From the NCBI GenBank assembly GCA_009692425.1, contig SHZF01000004.1:10175-74174 (forward strand): 64,000 nucleotides of DNA, written 5' to 3'. Of this stretch, positions 7,275-16,191 are shown one piece after another. The notes under the pieces are model-generated. The model was not told where the DNA came from. It made no database searches and was given only the letters and a program-made list of their open reading frames with translations. Within the stretch, counting starts at the first letter, position 1; every line of letters starts with the position of its first letter. The DNA comes from Myxococcales bacterium (GTDB lineage Bacteria; Myxococcota_A; UBA9042). The translations under genes were made by a program, and so were the position numbers.

Positions 7275-9281
7275 ATGACGAGCGTCTCGCCGCCACAACC
7301 TCCGCTGCCGGGCGACTCGGCCTCGGGCAGCATCGATATCGCGGCCCTGGTGGCTTCGGGCCTGCTCACGCGCGATGAAGCCCGCGCGCTGGAACACGCC
7401 CAGCAGGCCGAGACCGGTGCGGGCAGCCTCGTGCGAATGGAGGCTCTGCCGGAAACGGGAGGAGGCGGCGATCAGAAAGACGCGGTGAAGGAAACCGCGA
7501 TGAAGCACAAGCGCCACTGGGTACGCGTGACCCGTGTGTGCAACCAGCGCTGCACGTTCTGCCTGGATTCGATGAACCAGGACGGCTCGATGGTCGACGT
7601 CGAGTCGCTCAAGGCCTACATCCTGCTCGGCCGCCGCATGGGCCGCGAGCGCCTGATCCTGTCGGGCGGCGAAGCGAGCGTGCACCCGCAGTTCATCGAT
7701 CTGATCCGCTACGGCCGCCAGGTCGGCTATGACTGGGTGCAGACCGTCACCAACGGCATGATGTTCAGCTACAAGCGGTTCGCGCAGGCGGCGGCGGACG
7801 CGGGCCTCAACGAGGCGACGGTCTCGATGCACGGCCACACCGCCCACTTGCACGACAAGCTGACCGGCACGCCGGGCGCCTTCGTGACGGGCGTCAAGGG
7901 GATGCAGAACCTGCAGGCCACCGGCCAGGTCGTCGTCAACGTCGATGTCGTGATCAACAAGCAGAACTACAAGGCGCTGCCTGAGATCATCGAGTACTAC
8001 CACGACCGGCTGGGCATTCGGGAATTCGATCTGCTGCACATCATTCCGTTCGGCCGTGGCTTCGACGAGCACCGCCACTCGCTGTTTTTCGACCTCAACG
8101 ACGCCGTTCCGTATTTCCGCAAGGCTTTCGCGTGGTCGCAGAAGCCGGGCGTCTACCTGTGGACGAATCGCCTGCCGGTGACGTACCTGGAGGGCAACGA
8201 GAAGCTCATCCAGGACCCGCACAAGTTGTTCAGCGAGTTCGATGGCGGGCGGCACAATTTCGAGGGCTTCCTGCGGCGCGGGCTCAAGCCCGACTGCCAC
8301 GGCGAGCGCTGCGACTACTGCTTTCTCGATGGGCCGTGCCGCCAGACGATGTTCCCGTACCGCACGATGCTGGAGGCGGGCTCGTTCCCGGCCGTGCGAC
8401 TCGATGCGCGCCACGTCTGGCAGGGCACCGAGGCGCGCGCCAAGTTCGAGAGCCAGCGACCGCAGCGGGTGAAGCTGACCGCCCGCGACGCCGAAGAAGC
8501 TGCCGGCGCGTTGGATCGCCTGCCGTTTGCCGGCGCGGACGTCACCGTCGAGTTGGCGGCGGGCGCCGCGACGACCGCCCTGCACGGACTGCCCCAGGTG
8601 CGGCGCTTTGCTGTGGCCACCGTGGCCGACGCCGCCCGCATTCTGCAAGGCCCGGATGCCGTGCCCGCGCCGCACGAAGTCGAGGTCCGACTCGACCAGC
8701 CATTGGCCGCATGGCTGCTGGAACATGCCGAACTGGTGGCGCAATGGGGCAAGCGACTGGTGCTGACGCTGCGCACCCACGAATACCTGTCGGAGTCGCA
8801 GGCCACCGACCCGGACCCGGCGTCCTTGCGCGCACTCGCGGCGCTGGGGGCGCGCACGAAGAACGTGCCGAAATGCATGACGGGGACCGCAGCCGAGCCC
8901 CACGACCATCAGGTACTCGACGCCACCTTGCTCGACGGCGCCGGGCACCTCGACCTCGACCGCTACGTCAACCACTTCGTGGTCGAGGAGTACTTCGCCA
9001 AATCGCTGCGCTGCGGCCGCTGCGCCGAGGTCGATCGCTGCCACGGGGTGCACGTCAACTACGTGCGTAACCATGGCTTTGCGGTCATGGCCCCGCTCGA
9101 CGAAGCGGGCCTGCCGCTAGCGGACGCCGAGAGCTTCGACGACCTCGCGAAGAAGGTCGCCGATGCCACCGCCCGCCGCGAAAAGCGCGAGCGCGACAAG
9201 CTGGTCGGCATGCACCGGCCGCGGCTGCTGGAACCCACCGGTCTCGCGATCGGCCGGGTCGAAGAGACCGCAGGAACCTGA
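7275..9281 (+). CDS. Radical SAM protein (HxsC-like) with long C-terminal extension
   Basis: ATG 7275 after GGAG; CNQRCTFC, SGGEA, VTNG, SMHG..HD; internal CHGERCDYC..GPC and C-terminal CGRCAEVDRCHG. Confidence 0.88.
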   Translation: MTSVSPPQPPLPGDSASGSIDIAALVASGLLTRDEARALEHAQQAETGAGSLVRMEALPETGGGGDQKDAVKETAMKHKRHWVRVTRVCNQRCTFCLDSMNQDGSMVDVESLKAYILLGRRMGRERLILSGGEASVHPQFIDLIRYGRQVGYDWVQTVTNGMMFSYKRFAQAAADAGLNEATVSMHGHTAHLHDKLTGTPGAFVTGVKGMQNLQATGQVVVNVDVVINKQNYKALPEIIEYYHDRLGIREFDLLHIIPFGRGFDEHRHSLFFDLNDAVPYFRKAFAWSQKPGVYLWTNRLPVTYLEGNEKLIQDPHKLFSEFDGGRHNFEGFLRRGLKPDCHGERCDYCFLDGPCRQTMFPYRTMLEAGSFPAVRLDARHVWQGTEARAKFESQRPQRVKLTARDAEEAAGALDRLPFAGADVTVELAAGAATTALHGLPQVRRFAVATVADAARILQGPDAVPAPHEVEVRLDQPLAAWLLEHAELVAQWGKRLVLTLRTHEYLSESQATDPDPASLRALAALGARTKNVPKCMTGTAAEPHDHQVLDATLLDGAGHLDLDRYVNHFVVEEYFAKSLRCGRCAEVDRCHGVHVNYVRNHGFAVMAPLDEAGLPLADAESFDDLAKKVADATARREKRERDKLVGMHRPRLLEPTGLAIGRVEETAGT

Positions 9282-9312
9282 TCGGCACGAACGCGAGGAG
9301 GCAGGGTCCGCC

Positions 9313-10539
9313 ATGGCGAACATCGGCTACATCCAGATGGTGCGCCACTGCAACCAGAACTGCGGGTTCTGCTCGAATCCGGAGACGCCGTTCTTCCATG
9401 ATCTCGAACAGGTCCACCGCATCGTCGACGACTTCGTGGTGCGCGGCTACTTCGGCGTGATCCTGACGGGCGGCGAGCCGACGTTGTCGCCCATCCTGCC
9501 CGATGCCATTCGCTATGCGCGCGCCCAGGGCCTGCACGTGCGCATGATCACGAACGGGCAGAAGCTCGCGGACCCGGCGTACTGCGACACGGTGTGGCAG
9601 GCGGGGCTGCAGCACGTGCACGTGAGCATCCACAGCCACAAGCACAAGCTCGAGGACTTCCTGACCGGCACGCCGGGCTCGCTGGACTGGGCCGAAAAGG
9701 CGTTGGCGAACCTCGCCAAGACCGACATCACCGTCAACATCAACACGGTGATCAACCGCTACAACTGCGACCACCTGCACGAGAACATCGAGTGGTTCAT
9801 CGAGCACTTCCCGTTCATCCGGCACTTCGTCTGGAACAATCTCGACCCCTCGATCGGCCGGGCGACGACGAACAACTACTTCACGCCCAAGCTCAAGGAC
9901 CTCGAAGTCTCGCTGCACAAGGCGATGCGGCGGCTGCACGAGACGGGGCGCTCCTTCCGCGTCGAGCGCGTGCCGCTGTGCTACATGACTGAGTTTGCCC
10001 ACTGTTCGACGGAGACGCGCAAAATCGTGAAGTCCGAGGAGCGCATCGTCCACTTCCTCGATCAAAAGGGCACCGTACGGCAGACGGAATGGGGGCACTT
10101 GTACGCCGACGTGTGCGAGACGTGCACATTGCGCTCGGTGTGTGGCGGCCTGTTCGATCGAGGCGATGCCTACGACCCTGCGGAGTTGAGTCCCGTGTTC
10201 GTCGATCCGCGGCCGATCGTGCAGCGCATCGTCGACGATCTGCAGTCAGACCCGGCGTGGCGGCGCGAGAAATTCAAGAACCTCGCGACCCTGCCGTCGC
10301 CGCATCAGGGCCAGCGCTACCGACCGGGCAAGGTGCAGGCGCCCACCGGCGAGCGCCTGGTCGAGCCGAGCCGTGACCCGAAAAAACACCAGGACCCGAC
10401 GGCGCGCGACTGGCACCCCGCGGACGATGAACAGGACGCCGATTTTGGCCTTTTGGTGCCGGCTGAGACCGAGTCTGAGCGCGCCGCCGCCCCTGGCCGC
10501 GTGCCCTTGGACCGGCTGGCGGCGGAACGGGCGCCTTGA
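9313..10539 (+). CDS. Radical SAM protein (HxsC/HxsC4-like)
   Basis: MANIGYIQMVRHCNQNCGFC, TGGEPT, ITNG, VPLC, CETCTLRSVCGG; GAGGAGG upstream. Confidence 0.88.
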   Translation: MANIGYIQMVRHCNQNCGFCSNPETPFFHDLEQVHRIVDDFVVRGYFGVILTGGEPTLSPILPDAIRYARAQGLHVRMITNGQKLADPAYCDTVWQAGLQHVHVSIHSHKHKLEDFLTGTPGSLDWAEKALANLAKTDITVNINTVINRYNCDHLHENIEWFIEHFPFIRHFVWNNLDPSIGRATTNNYFTPKLKDLEVSLHKAMRRLHETGRSFRVERVPLCYMTEFAHCSTETRKIVKSEERIVHFLDQKGTVRQTEWGHLYADVCETCTLRSVCGGLFDRGDAYDPAELSPVFVDPRPIVQRIVDDLQSDPAWRREKFKNLATLPSPHQGQRYRPGKVQAPTGERLVEPSRDPKKHQDPTARDWHPADDEQDADFGLLVPAETESERAAAPGRVPLDRLAAERAP

Positions 10540-10680
10540 CGTGCGGACGCGGCGGGCACCGGGTAGCCAGCGGGTCCTCTATCTGGCTAGCCAACGCGTC
10601 CTCTGCCTTGAAGCCAACAGCAACGTGAAGTAAGAAGCCGCCCCGGCGGCACCCTCCCCCGGCGGGACCATGGAGCGATA

Positions 10681-11199
10681 ATGAGCGAACATTCGATCGA
10701 GACCTTCGACGCCGCTGCGGGCCGCATGACGCTGGCGCTCGACACCGGGCTGTATCCGCTCGAGGTCGTCTACGGCGCGGCCTACATCTTCATCGACCGG
10801 GCGTTCGTGCTGCTCGACCGCGAAGGGGAATCGGGCCAAGGCCGCTACCTCGTGCACCTGCGCACCAAGCAGGGGGCCGACGAGACGAAGCTGCGCGCGC
10901 TGTCCGGCGAGTTCGGCAACGAGCTGCTGAGCCAGGCGTTGCGGCGCAAGGTGGTCAAGGCGAACCAGAAGATCATCGAGGAGATCACGACGCAGGCGAT
11001 CGCGGGGGCAGCAGGCGGCGCGTTGCCGACGGACTTCCTGGGCGGTGCCGACGACGGCCTCGACTTTCTCGATGACCCGCTCGGCATCGCGGTGCCGTGG
11101 GAAGAGAAGTTCAAGAAGAAGAAGCCCGATGCCGCCGACCCGACCAGTGCCGCGGCCATCGCCGACGCCGCCGGTGGTACGGGCGAGGCCAAGCCATGA
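10681..11199 (+). CDS. hxsD: His-Xaa-Ser system protein HxsD
   Basis: LYPLEVVYGAAYIFIDRAFVLLD...GEFGNELL pattern, FLDDPLGIAVPWEEK tail; located upstream of hxsB. Confidence 0.8.
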   Translation: MSEHSIETFDAAAGRMTLALDTGLYPLEVVYGAAYIFIDRAFVLLDREGESGQGRYLVHLRTKQGADETKLRALSGEFGNELLSQALRRKVVKANQKIIEEITTQAIAGAAGGALPTDFLGGADDGLDFLDDPLGIAVPWEEKFKKKKPDAADPTSAAAIADAAGGTGEAKP

Positions 11200-11429
11200 C
11201 GGCCGCCGTCACGGTCAAGCTGCACCGGACGCTCTACATGCAGCAGGCACTCCAGGAGGCGGGCCAGGCCTTTGCGGAACTCGCCTCGTTCGAGATCGTG
11301 CGCGACGGCGAGTACTACGCCGTGCACATCGCCGACATCGACGCCGAAGTCGAGGGTGATCTGGTCGCTGAGTTCTGCAACCACGCGCTGGTCCACACGT
11401 GGAACCGCAAACGGAAAACCGTCGCATGA
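11196..11429 (+). CDS. HxsD-like small protein (77 aa)
   Basis: MTAAVTVKLHRTLYMQQAL...AEFCNHAL resembles the HxsD core (LY...EFxNxxL); ATGA overlaps on both sides. Confidence 0.75.
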   Translation: MTAAVTVKLHRTLYMQQALQEAGQAFAELASFEIVRDGEYYAVHIADIDAEVEGDLVAEFCNHALVHTWNRKRKTVA

Positions 11430-12925
11430 GCTACCTCGCCGGCCTGAACCTCGACGATGTCCCCGCCGATCGGCTCGTGCCGTTCAATCACCGTGCCGTG
11501 GGCGACCGCGTGCTGGTGTCGAACGATCTCGGCGATCACGTGTTCCTAGCGCCCGGCGAGTTCCGTGCGTTCGTGACGGGCCAGGTTGCCGCCGACACCG
11601 ATCTGTACGGCAAGCTGGCAGCGGCCAACCTGTTCGCGGCCAGCATCGACGTGGGCAAGCAGGCGGAACGCTGGCGCCGCAAGAAGCAGTACCTGTTCGT
11701 CGGGCCGACGCTGCACGCGTTCGTGTTGACGCACCGCTGCAACCACGGTTGCCAGTACTGCCACTCGTCGATCGTCGGCATGACGCGCACCGACACCGAC
11801 ATGCCGATCGATGTCGCCGAGCGCGCGGTCGACCTCGCCTTCCAGACCACGAGCCCGAGCCTGACGATCGAGTTCCAGGGCGGCGAGCCGTTGGCGAACT
11901 GGGAGGTGCTGCAGCACATCGTCGAGTATGCGCGGCAGAAGAATGCGCTCGCCGGCAAGAACCTGTCGTTCGCCCTCGTCACGAACTTGTCGCTGATGGA
12001 CGAGGAGCGGCTCGACTACTTGCTCGACCGCAAGGTGCAGTTGTGCACGAGCCTCGACGGCCCGGCAGACCTGCACAACAAGGTGCGCATCTATAAGGAA
12101 GGCGACAGCCACGACCTCGTGATGAAATGGATGGCGCGCATCAACGAGCGCTACGTCGAGATGGGCCTCGACCCGAACTTGTACCGTGTCGAAGCCTTGC
12201 CGACGATCACGCGCCACGCGCTGGCGCGGCCCAAGGACGTGGTGGACCAGTACGTGGCATTGGGCTGTCGCGCGGTGTTCCTGCGCAAGCTCGATCCGTT
12301 CGGGTTTGCCGCCCGCACGGCCGGCACGCTCGGCTATTCGATGGACGAGTTCCTCACGTTCTACCAGGAGGCGGTGGACTACATCATCGAACTCAACCGG
12401 CGCGGCGTGCAGGTGATGGAACGGCACGCCGGGATCATGCTGTCGAAAATCCTCAACGACGACGAGCCGAACTACCTCGACCTGCGCACGCCGGGCGGCG
12501 CGGTGACAGGGCAGCTCGGCTATGCGCCCGACGGCGGCGTGTACTCGTCGGACGAGGGGCGCTTCGTGGCGGCGATGGGCGACGAGATGTTCCGCATCGG
12601 CACGGTGACGGACACGTACCACCAGATCGTGACGAACGCGCAGACCCGCGCGCTCGTGATGGCGGGACTCAACGACGGGCAGCCCGACTGCGTGACGTGC
12701 GTGTACAAGCCCTGGTGCGGCCAGCAGGTGGAGTACAACTACAAGACGCAGGGCTCGATCCACGGCCGGATGCGCGACTCGGTGTGGTGCCGCAAGCACA
12801 AGACGATCTTCGACTACCTGATGGGCAAGCTGGCCAAGGCGAACGCCGAAGACCTCGCGATGTTCCAGCGCTGGACCACGAACCGAACGCTGGATCATTT
12901 CATGCAGGAACGCGGAGCGTTGTAG
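11426..12925 (+). CDS. hxsB: His-Xaa-Ser system radical SAM/SPASM maturase HxsB
   Basis: LVPFN..RVLVSNDLG N-terminus, PTLH..VLTHRCNHGCQYCH, IEFQGGEPL, CTSLDGP, YSSDEGR, CVTCVYKPWCG. Confidence 0.87.
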   Translation: MSYLAGLNLDDVPADRLVPFNHRAVGDRVLVSNDLGDHVFLAPGEFRAFVTGQVAADTDLYGKLAAANLFAASIDVGKQAERWRRKKQYLFVGPTLHAFVLTHRCNHGCQYCHSSIVGMTRTDTDMPIDVAERAVDLAFQTTSPSLTIEFQGGEPLANWEVLQHIVEYARQKNALAGKNLSFALVTNLSLMDEERLDYLLDRKVQLCTSLDGPADLHNKVRIYKEGDSHDLVMKWMARINERYVEMGLDPNLYRVEALPTITRHALARPKDVVDQYVALGCRAVFLRKLDPFGFAARTAGTLGYSMDEFLTFYQEAVDYIIELNRRGVQVMERHAGIMLSKILNDDEPNYLDLRTPGGAVTGQLGYAPDGGVYSSDEGRFVAAMGDEMFRIGTVTDTYHQIVTNAQTRALVMAGLNDGQPDCVTCVYKPWCGQQVEYNYKTQGSIHGRMRDSVWCRKHKTIFDYLMGKLAKANAEDLAMFQRWTTNRTLDHFMQERGAL

Positions 12926-12959
12926 ATGGCGGCACGCACGAGAAACACGCCGCTGCGGT

Positions 12960-12989
12960 TTGAACCGATGCGCGGGGGCGTGCTAGCAT
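12960..12989 (+). promoter_or_regulatory. Possible sigma70 promoter of the Cys-rich lipoprotein operon
   Basis: TTGAAC-N18-TAGCAT with extended TG, about 80 bp before ATG 13072. Confidence 0.3.
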
Positions 12990-13071
12990 GGTGCGTTCAT
13001 GCAACGCGCAGTCGGCCGGGTACCTCCGCCCCGTCGGCATGACGCGGCCGGGCCTGCGGGAGCCCTTCGCC

Positions 13072-16000
13072 ATGCGCCGATTCTGCGACCGTGCCCGAAT
13101 CCGCCCGTGGCGCCTTGCGCTCGCGTGGCTGGCGTGGGCGGCTGCGTGCACCGAAGAACCCTTGCAGCAAGGGTCGCTCGACGCGATTGGCGCCGACACG
13201 CGCGGAACCGGCGCCGACGCGGCCCCAGACACCGCGACGGTCGATGCCAAGCTGACGGACGCGGCCAGCGACGCCAAGTCCGACGCCGCGAACGACACGA
13301 AAACCGACGAGAAGACGGACAGCGCGGGCCCCGACAGCGCGATCGACAACGGCGCCGACGGCCTGCTGGACACGGCGCCCACCGACGATGCGGACGGGAT
13401 CGTCGATGAATTCGCTGCCGATCAGGACGGACCAGACAGCGCTGGCACCGATGCGGACGCTGCGGGCACCGTGGACGCCGGCGCGGGAGACGCGCCTCCC
13501 AACGTCAAGAGCGTGCATTCGAATGCGTGCACCGCGGCCAGCGACTGCCTGATCCCATGTGCATCGGGCAACTGCGTGGCGGGCACGTGCAGCTATCAGC
13601 CCAAAGGCAAGGGCTGCGTGGCCGACCTCGGCGGCGGCAAGGTGGGCTGCTTCGGCCCCGGCGACACGAGCGACGACAAGCCCTGCCTCGTGTGCCAGCC
13701 GTTGGTGTCGAGTACGGCGCTGACGACGGCGCTGTGGGTGAATGGCCTCGACGGCGAGCCGGGACTGCAGTTCGCCGACACCGCGGGCGCCGGCATCGGC
13801 TGGGGATTCAGCGACAAGAAGTCGAAGTCGGGCGGCAAGTCGCTGTGGTTCGGCGACCCCAAGACAGGCAACTACGCGATAGGCAAGGCGGTCGGCGGCA
13901 CGGCGACCTTGCCGGAGACGAAGGTGCCGCAGTTCAGCGGCACGCAGCCCAAGGTCGCGTTCTGGCTGTGGCTCGACACCGAGGAGTTCGACGGCCACGA
14001 CGTGCTGACGCTCGGCGTGCTCGAAGGCGGAGCCACGAAGGTCCTGTGGACGTCGGACGCGATCAAGGGCACCACGGGTGGCGCATGGCAGCGCATCGAG
14101 GCCGAACTCGTGGGCTACGGTGGCAAGACGGTGGCGCTGCAGTTCGGCTTCGACTCAAAGGACGAGGTCGCCAACACGTTCAGTGGCCCCTTCCTCGACG
14201 ACGTGGCCGTGCTGTCGGGCTGCTGCGCCGGGGCCGCGGATTGCGACGACGGCAACGCGTGCAGCGACGACAGTTGCGCGGCGGGAGCGGGCGGCCTGCC
14301 CCTGTGCAGCCACGCCAAGAAGGCCGGGTGCTGCTCGACGTCGGGCGACTGCGACGACAAGGTGTTGTGCACGTTCGATCTGTGCTCCGGGCCGGGCGGC
14401 ACGTGCAGCCACAACGCAAAGCCCGGCTGTTGCCTGACCGACAACGGCTGCGACGATGGCAACGCGCTGACGATCGACAAGTGCGTGGCTTCGAAGTGCC
14501 TGATCATCGACACCGCGTGCAAGTCGGACGCCGACTGCAAGACGAACGATCCGTGCCAGAAGGGGTCGTGCCAGGCCGGAATCTGCGCGTTCCAATCGAC
14601 GTGCTGCATCGCCGACAGCGAGTGCGACGACTTCAACCCGTGCACGATCGACGGCTGCGACAAGGGCAAATGCGTCACCACGGCATCGACGGTGCCGGGC
14701 TGCTGCTCGCCCCAGCCACTTTTCAACCAGTTCGGCAGCAGCGACGAGGGCTGGACGTCGGGCCCGGCGTCGCCCCAAAACAACGACTGGCATTGGAAGG
14801 CGCTGCCGTCCGCAGTCAGCCCGCCGGGCGCCCTGCACTTTGGATTGAAAGACAAAGACATGGGGCTTACGGCCAGCCAGCCGCAGTCCAAGATCACGAC
14901 GGCGAGCCCGCCGATCACGCTGCTGCCCGGCAAGGAAGTGACGTTCAAACTCTGGTACATGTCGGACATGACGGCCGCCAGTGGCAACGTGCGGGTGTTC
15001 GCGGTGGTCGACGGCAAGGAGGTGACGTTCGGCTACCTGAGCCTGAACACGAGCAAGAAGTGGACGACGTTCGGCCCGTATGACCTCTCGCCGGCGATGG
15101 GCAAGACGATCCAGATCAAGCTGGAGATGACGCTGACACCCGTTGGCTCGGTCACGGGCACCGGGCTGTGGGTCGACGACTTCGAGGTGAATTCGACGTG
15201 TCAGGCCAAGAAGTGCGCGGCCTCGGGCACCTGCGGCATCGGTGCGATGCCATGCGTGGCCGGCGTGTGCACGGACGGTCAGTGCACGTACCCGAACGCC
15301 TGCTGCGTCACGAGTGCCGACTGCGCCGACCAGAACCTGTGCACAAGCGACGTGTGCGTGAACACGAAGTGCCAGTTCAACCCGATCGCGAAGTGCTGCA
15401 TGGGCAGCGGCGACTGTGCCGACGGCAACCCGTGCACGCAAGACATCTGCCCAGCGCCCGGCCAGATCTGCCAGTGGCCGCCGGTGCCCGGCTGCTGCCT
15501 GTCGTCGGTCGAATGCAATGACAGCAACGCGTGCACGAAGGACGGCTGCATCCTGAACAAGTGCGTCAACGAGAACACGTGCTGCAAGGTCGACAAGGAC
15601 TGCGACGACAGTGAGACAAAGTGCACGGTCGACAAGTGCGTGGCCCAGATCTGCACGCACACGTCGACGGGCGCGGCCGGTTGCTGCTCGCCGATCGTGT
15701 GGGAGAACGACTTCGATCAGGGCGACCTCAAGGGCATCAAGGTGCAGAACTCCGCTGGCGCCAAGGGCTGGAACCACTGGCCGAACGCGCAGTTGTCGAA
15801 GTCGGGCAAGGGCGTGCTGTACTATGGCGATCCCGCGGTCGGCAATTTCGACTTCAGCTTGTCGAGCGGCACGGCCAAGACGCTGGCGATCCAGTTGCCG
15901 GTGTCGACGCCGTCGCACATGACGTTCTGGCTCTACATGGACACCGAGCAGGGCCCGCCCTACGACTCGCTCGCCGTGCGCGTCTACGTCGATGGCGCCC

Positions 16001-16191
16001 AAAATCCGGTGTGGGAAAAGAACCAGAACGGCTACACGGTGCTGAAATGGACCGAGATCAAGATCGACCTCGCGAAGTGGGCCGGCAAGTCCATCGAGAT
16101 CGAGTTCTACTTCAACACGGTCGATTCGGTGGGCAACAGCGGCAAGGGCGTCTTCGTCGATGACCTGAAGGTCGTGACGGCGTGTCCATGA
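13072..16191 (+). CDS. Cys-rich repeat lipoprotein 1 (3 beta-sandwich-like domains)
   Basis: Lipobox-like AAAC, Asp/Ala linker, CDDGNxCTxDxC repeats, 3 domains ending G..(L/V)DD; GGGAG before ATG 13072. Confidence 0.85.
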   Translation: MRRFCDRARIRPWRLALAWLAWAAACTEEPLQQGSLDAIGADTRGTGADAAPDTATVDAKLTDAASDAKSDAANDTKTDEKTDSAGPDSAIDNGADGLLDTAPTDDADGIVDEFAADQDGPDSAGTDADAAGTVDAGAGDAPPNVKSVHSNACTAASDCLIPCASGNCVAGTCSYQPKGKGCVADLGGGKVGCFGPGDTSDDKPCLVCQPLVSSTALTTALWVNGLDGEPGLQFADTAGAGIGWGFSDKKSKSGGKSLWFGDPKTGNYAIGKAVGGTATLPETKVPQFSGTQPKVAFWLWLDTEEFDGHDVLTLGVLEGGATKVLWTSDAIKGTTGGAWQRIEAELVGYGGKTVALQFGFDSKDEVANTFSGPFLDDVAVLSGCCAGAADCDDGNACSDDSCAAGAGGLPLCSHAKKAGCCSTSGDCDDKVLCTFDLCSGPGGTCSHNAKPGCCLTDNGCDDGNALTIDKCVASKCLIIDTACKSDADCKTNDPCQKGSCQAGICAFQSTCCIADSECDDFNPCTIDGCDKGKCVTTASTVPGCCSPQPLFNQFGSSDEGWTSGPASPQNNDWHWKALPSAVSPPGALHFGLKDKDMGLTASQPQSKITTASPPITLLPGKEVTFKLWYMSDMTAASGNVRVFAVVDGKEVTFGYLSLNTSKKWTTFGPYDLSPAMGKTIQIKLEMTLTPVGSVTGTGLWVDDFEVNSTCQAKKCAASGTCGIGAMPCVAGVCTDGQCTYPNACCVTSADCADQNLCTSDVCVNTKCQFNPIAKCCMGSGDCADGNPCTQDICPAPGQICQWPPVPGCCLSSVECNDSNACTKDGCILNKCVNENTCCKVDKDCDDSETKCTVDKCVAQICTHTSTGAAGCCSPIVWENDFDQGDLKGIKVQNSAGAKGWNHWPNAQLSKSGKGVLYYGDPAVGNFDFSLSSGTAKTLAIQLPVSTPSHMTFWLYMDTEQGPPYDSLAVRVYVDGAQNPVWEKNQNGYTVLKWTEIKIDLAKWAGKSIEIEFYFNTVDSVGNSGKGVFVDDLKVVTACP

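Noticed and set aside
5800..13072. HxsA His-Xaa-Ser repeat precursor
   Set aside because: No tandem HxS repeats seen; HVSIHSH in rSAM3 is part of the enzyme core
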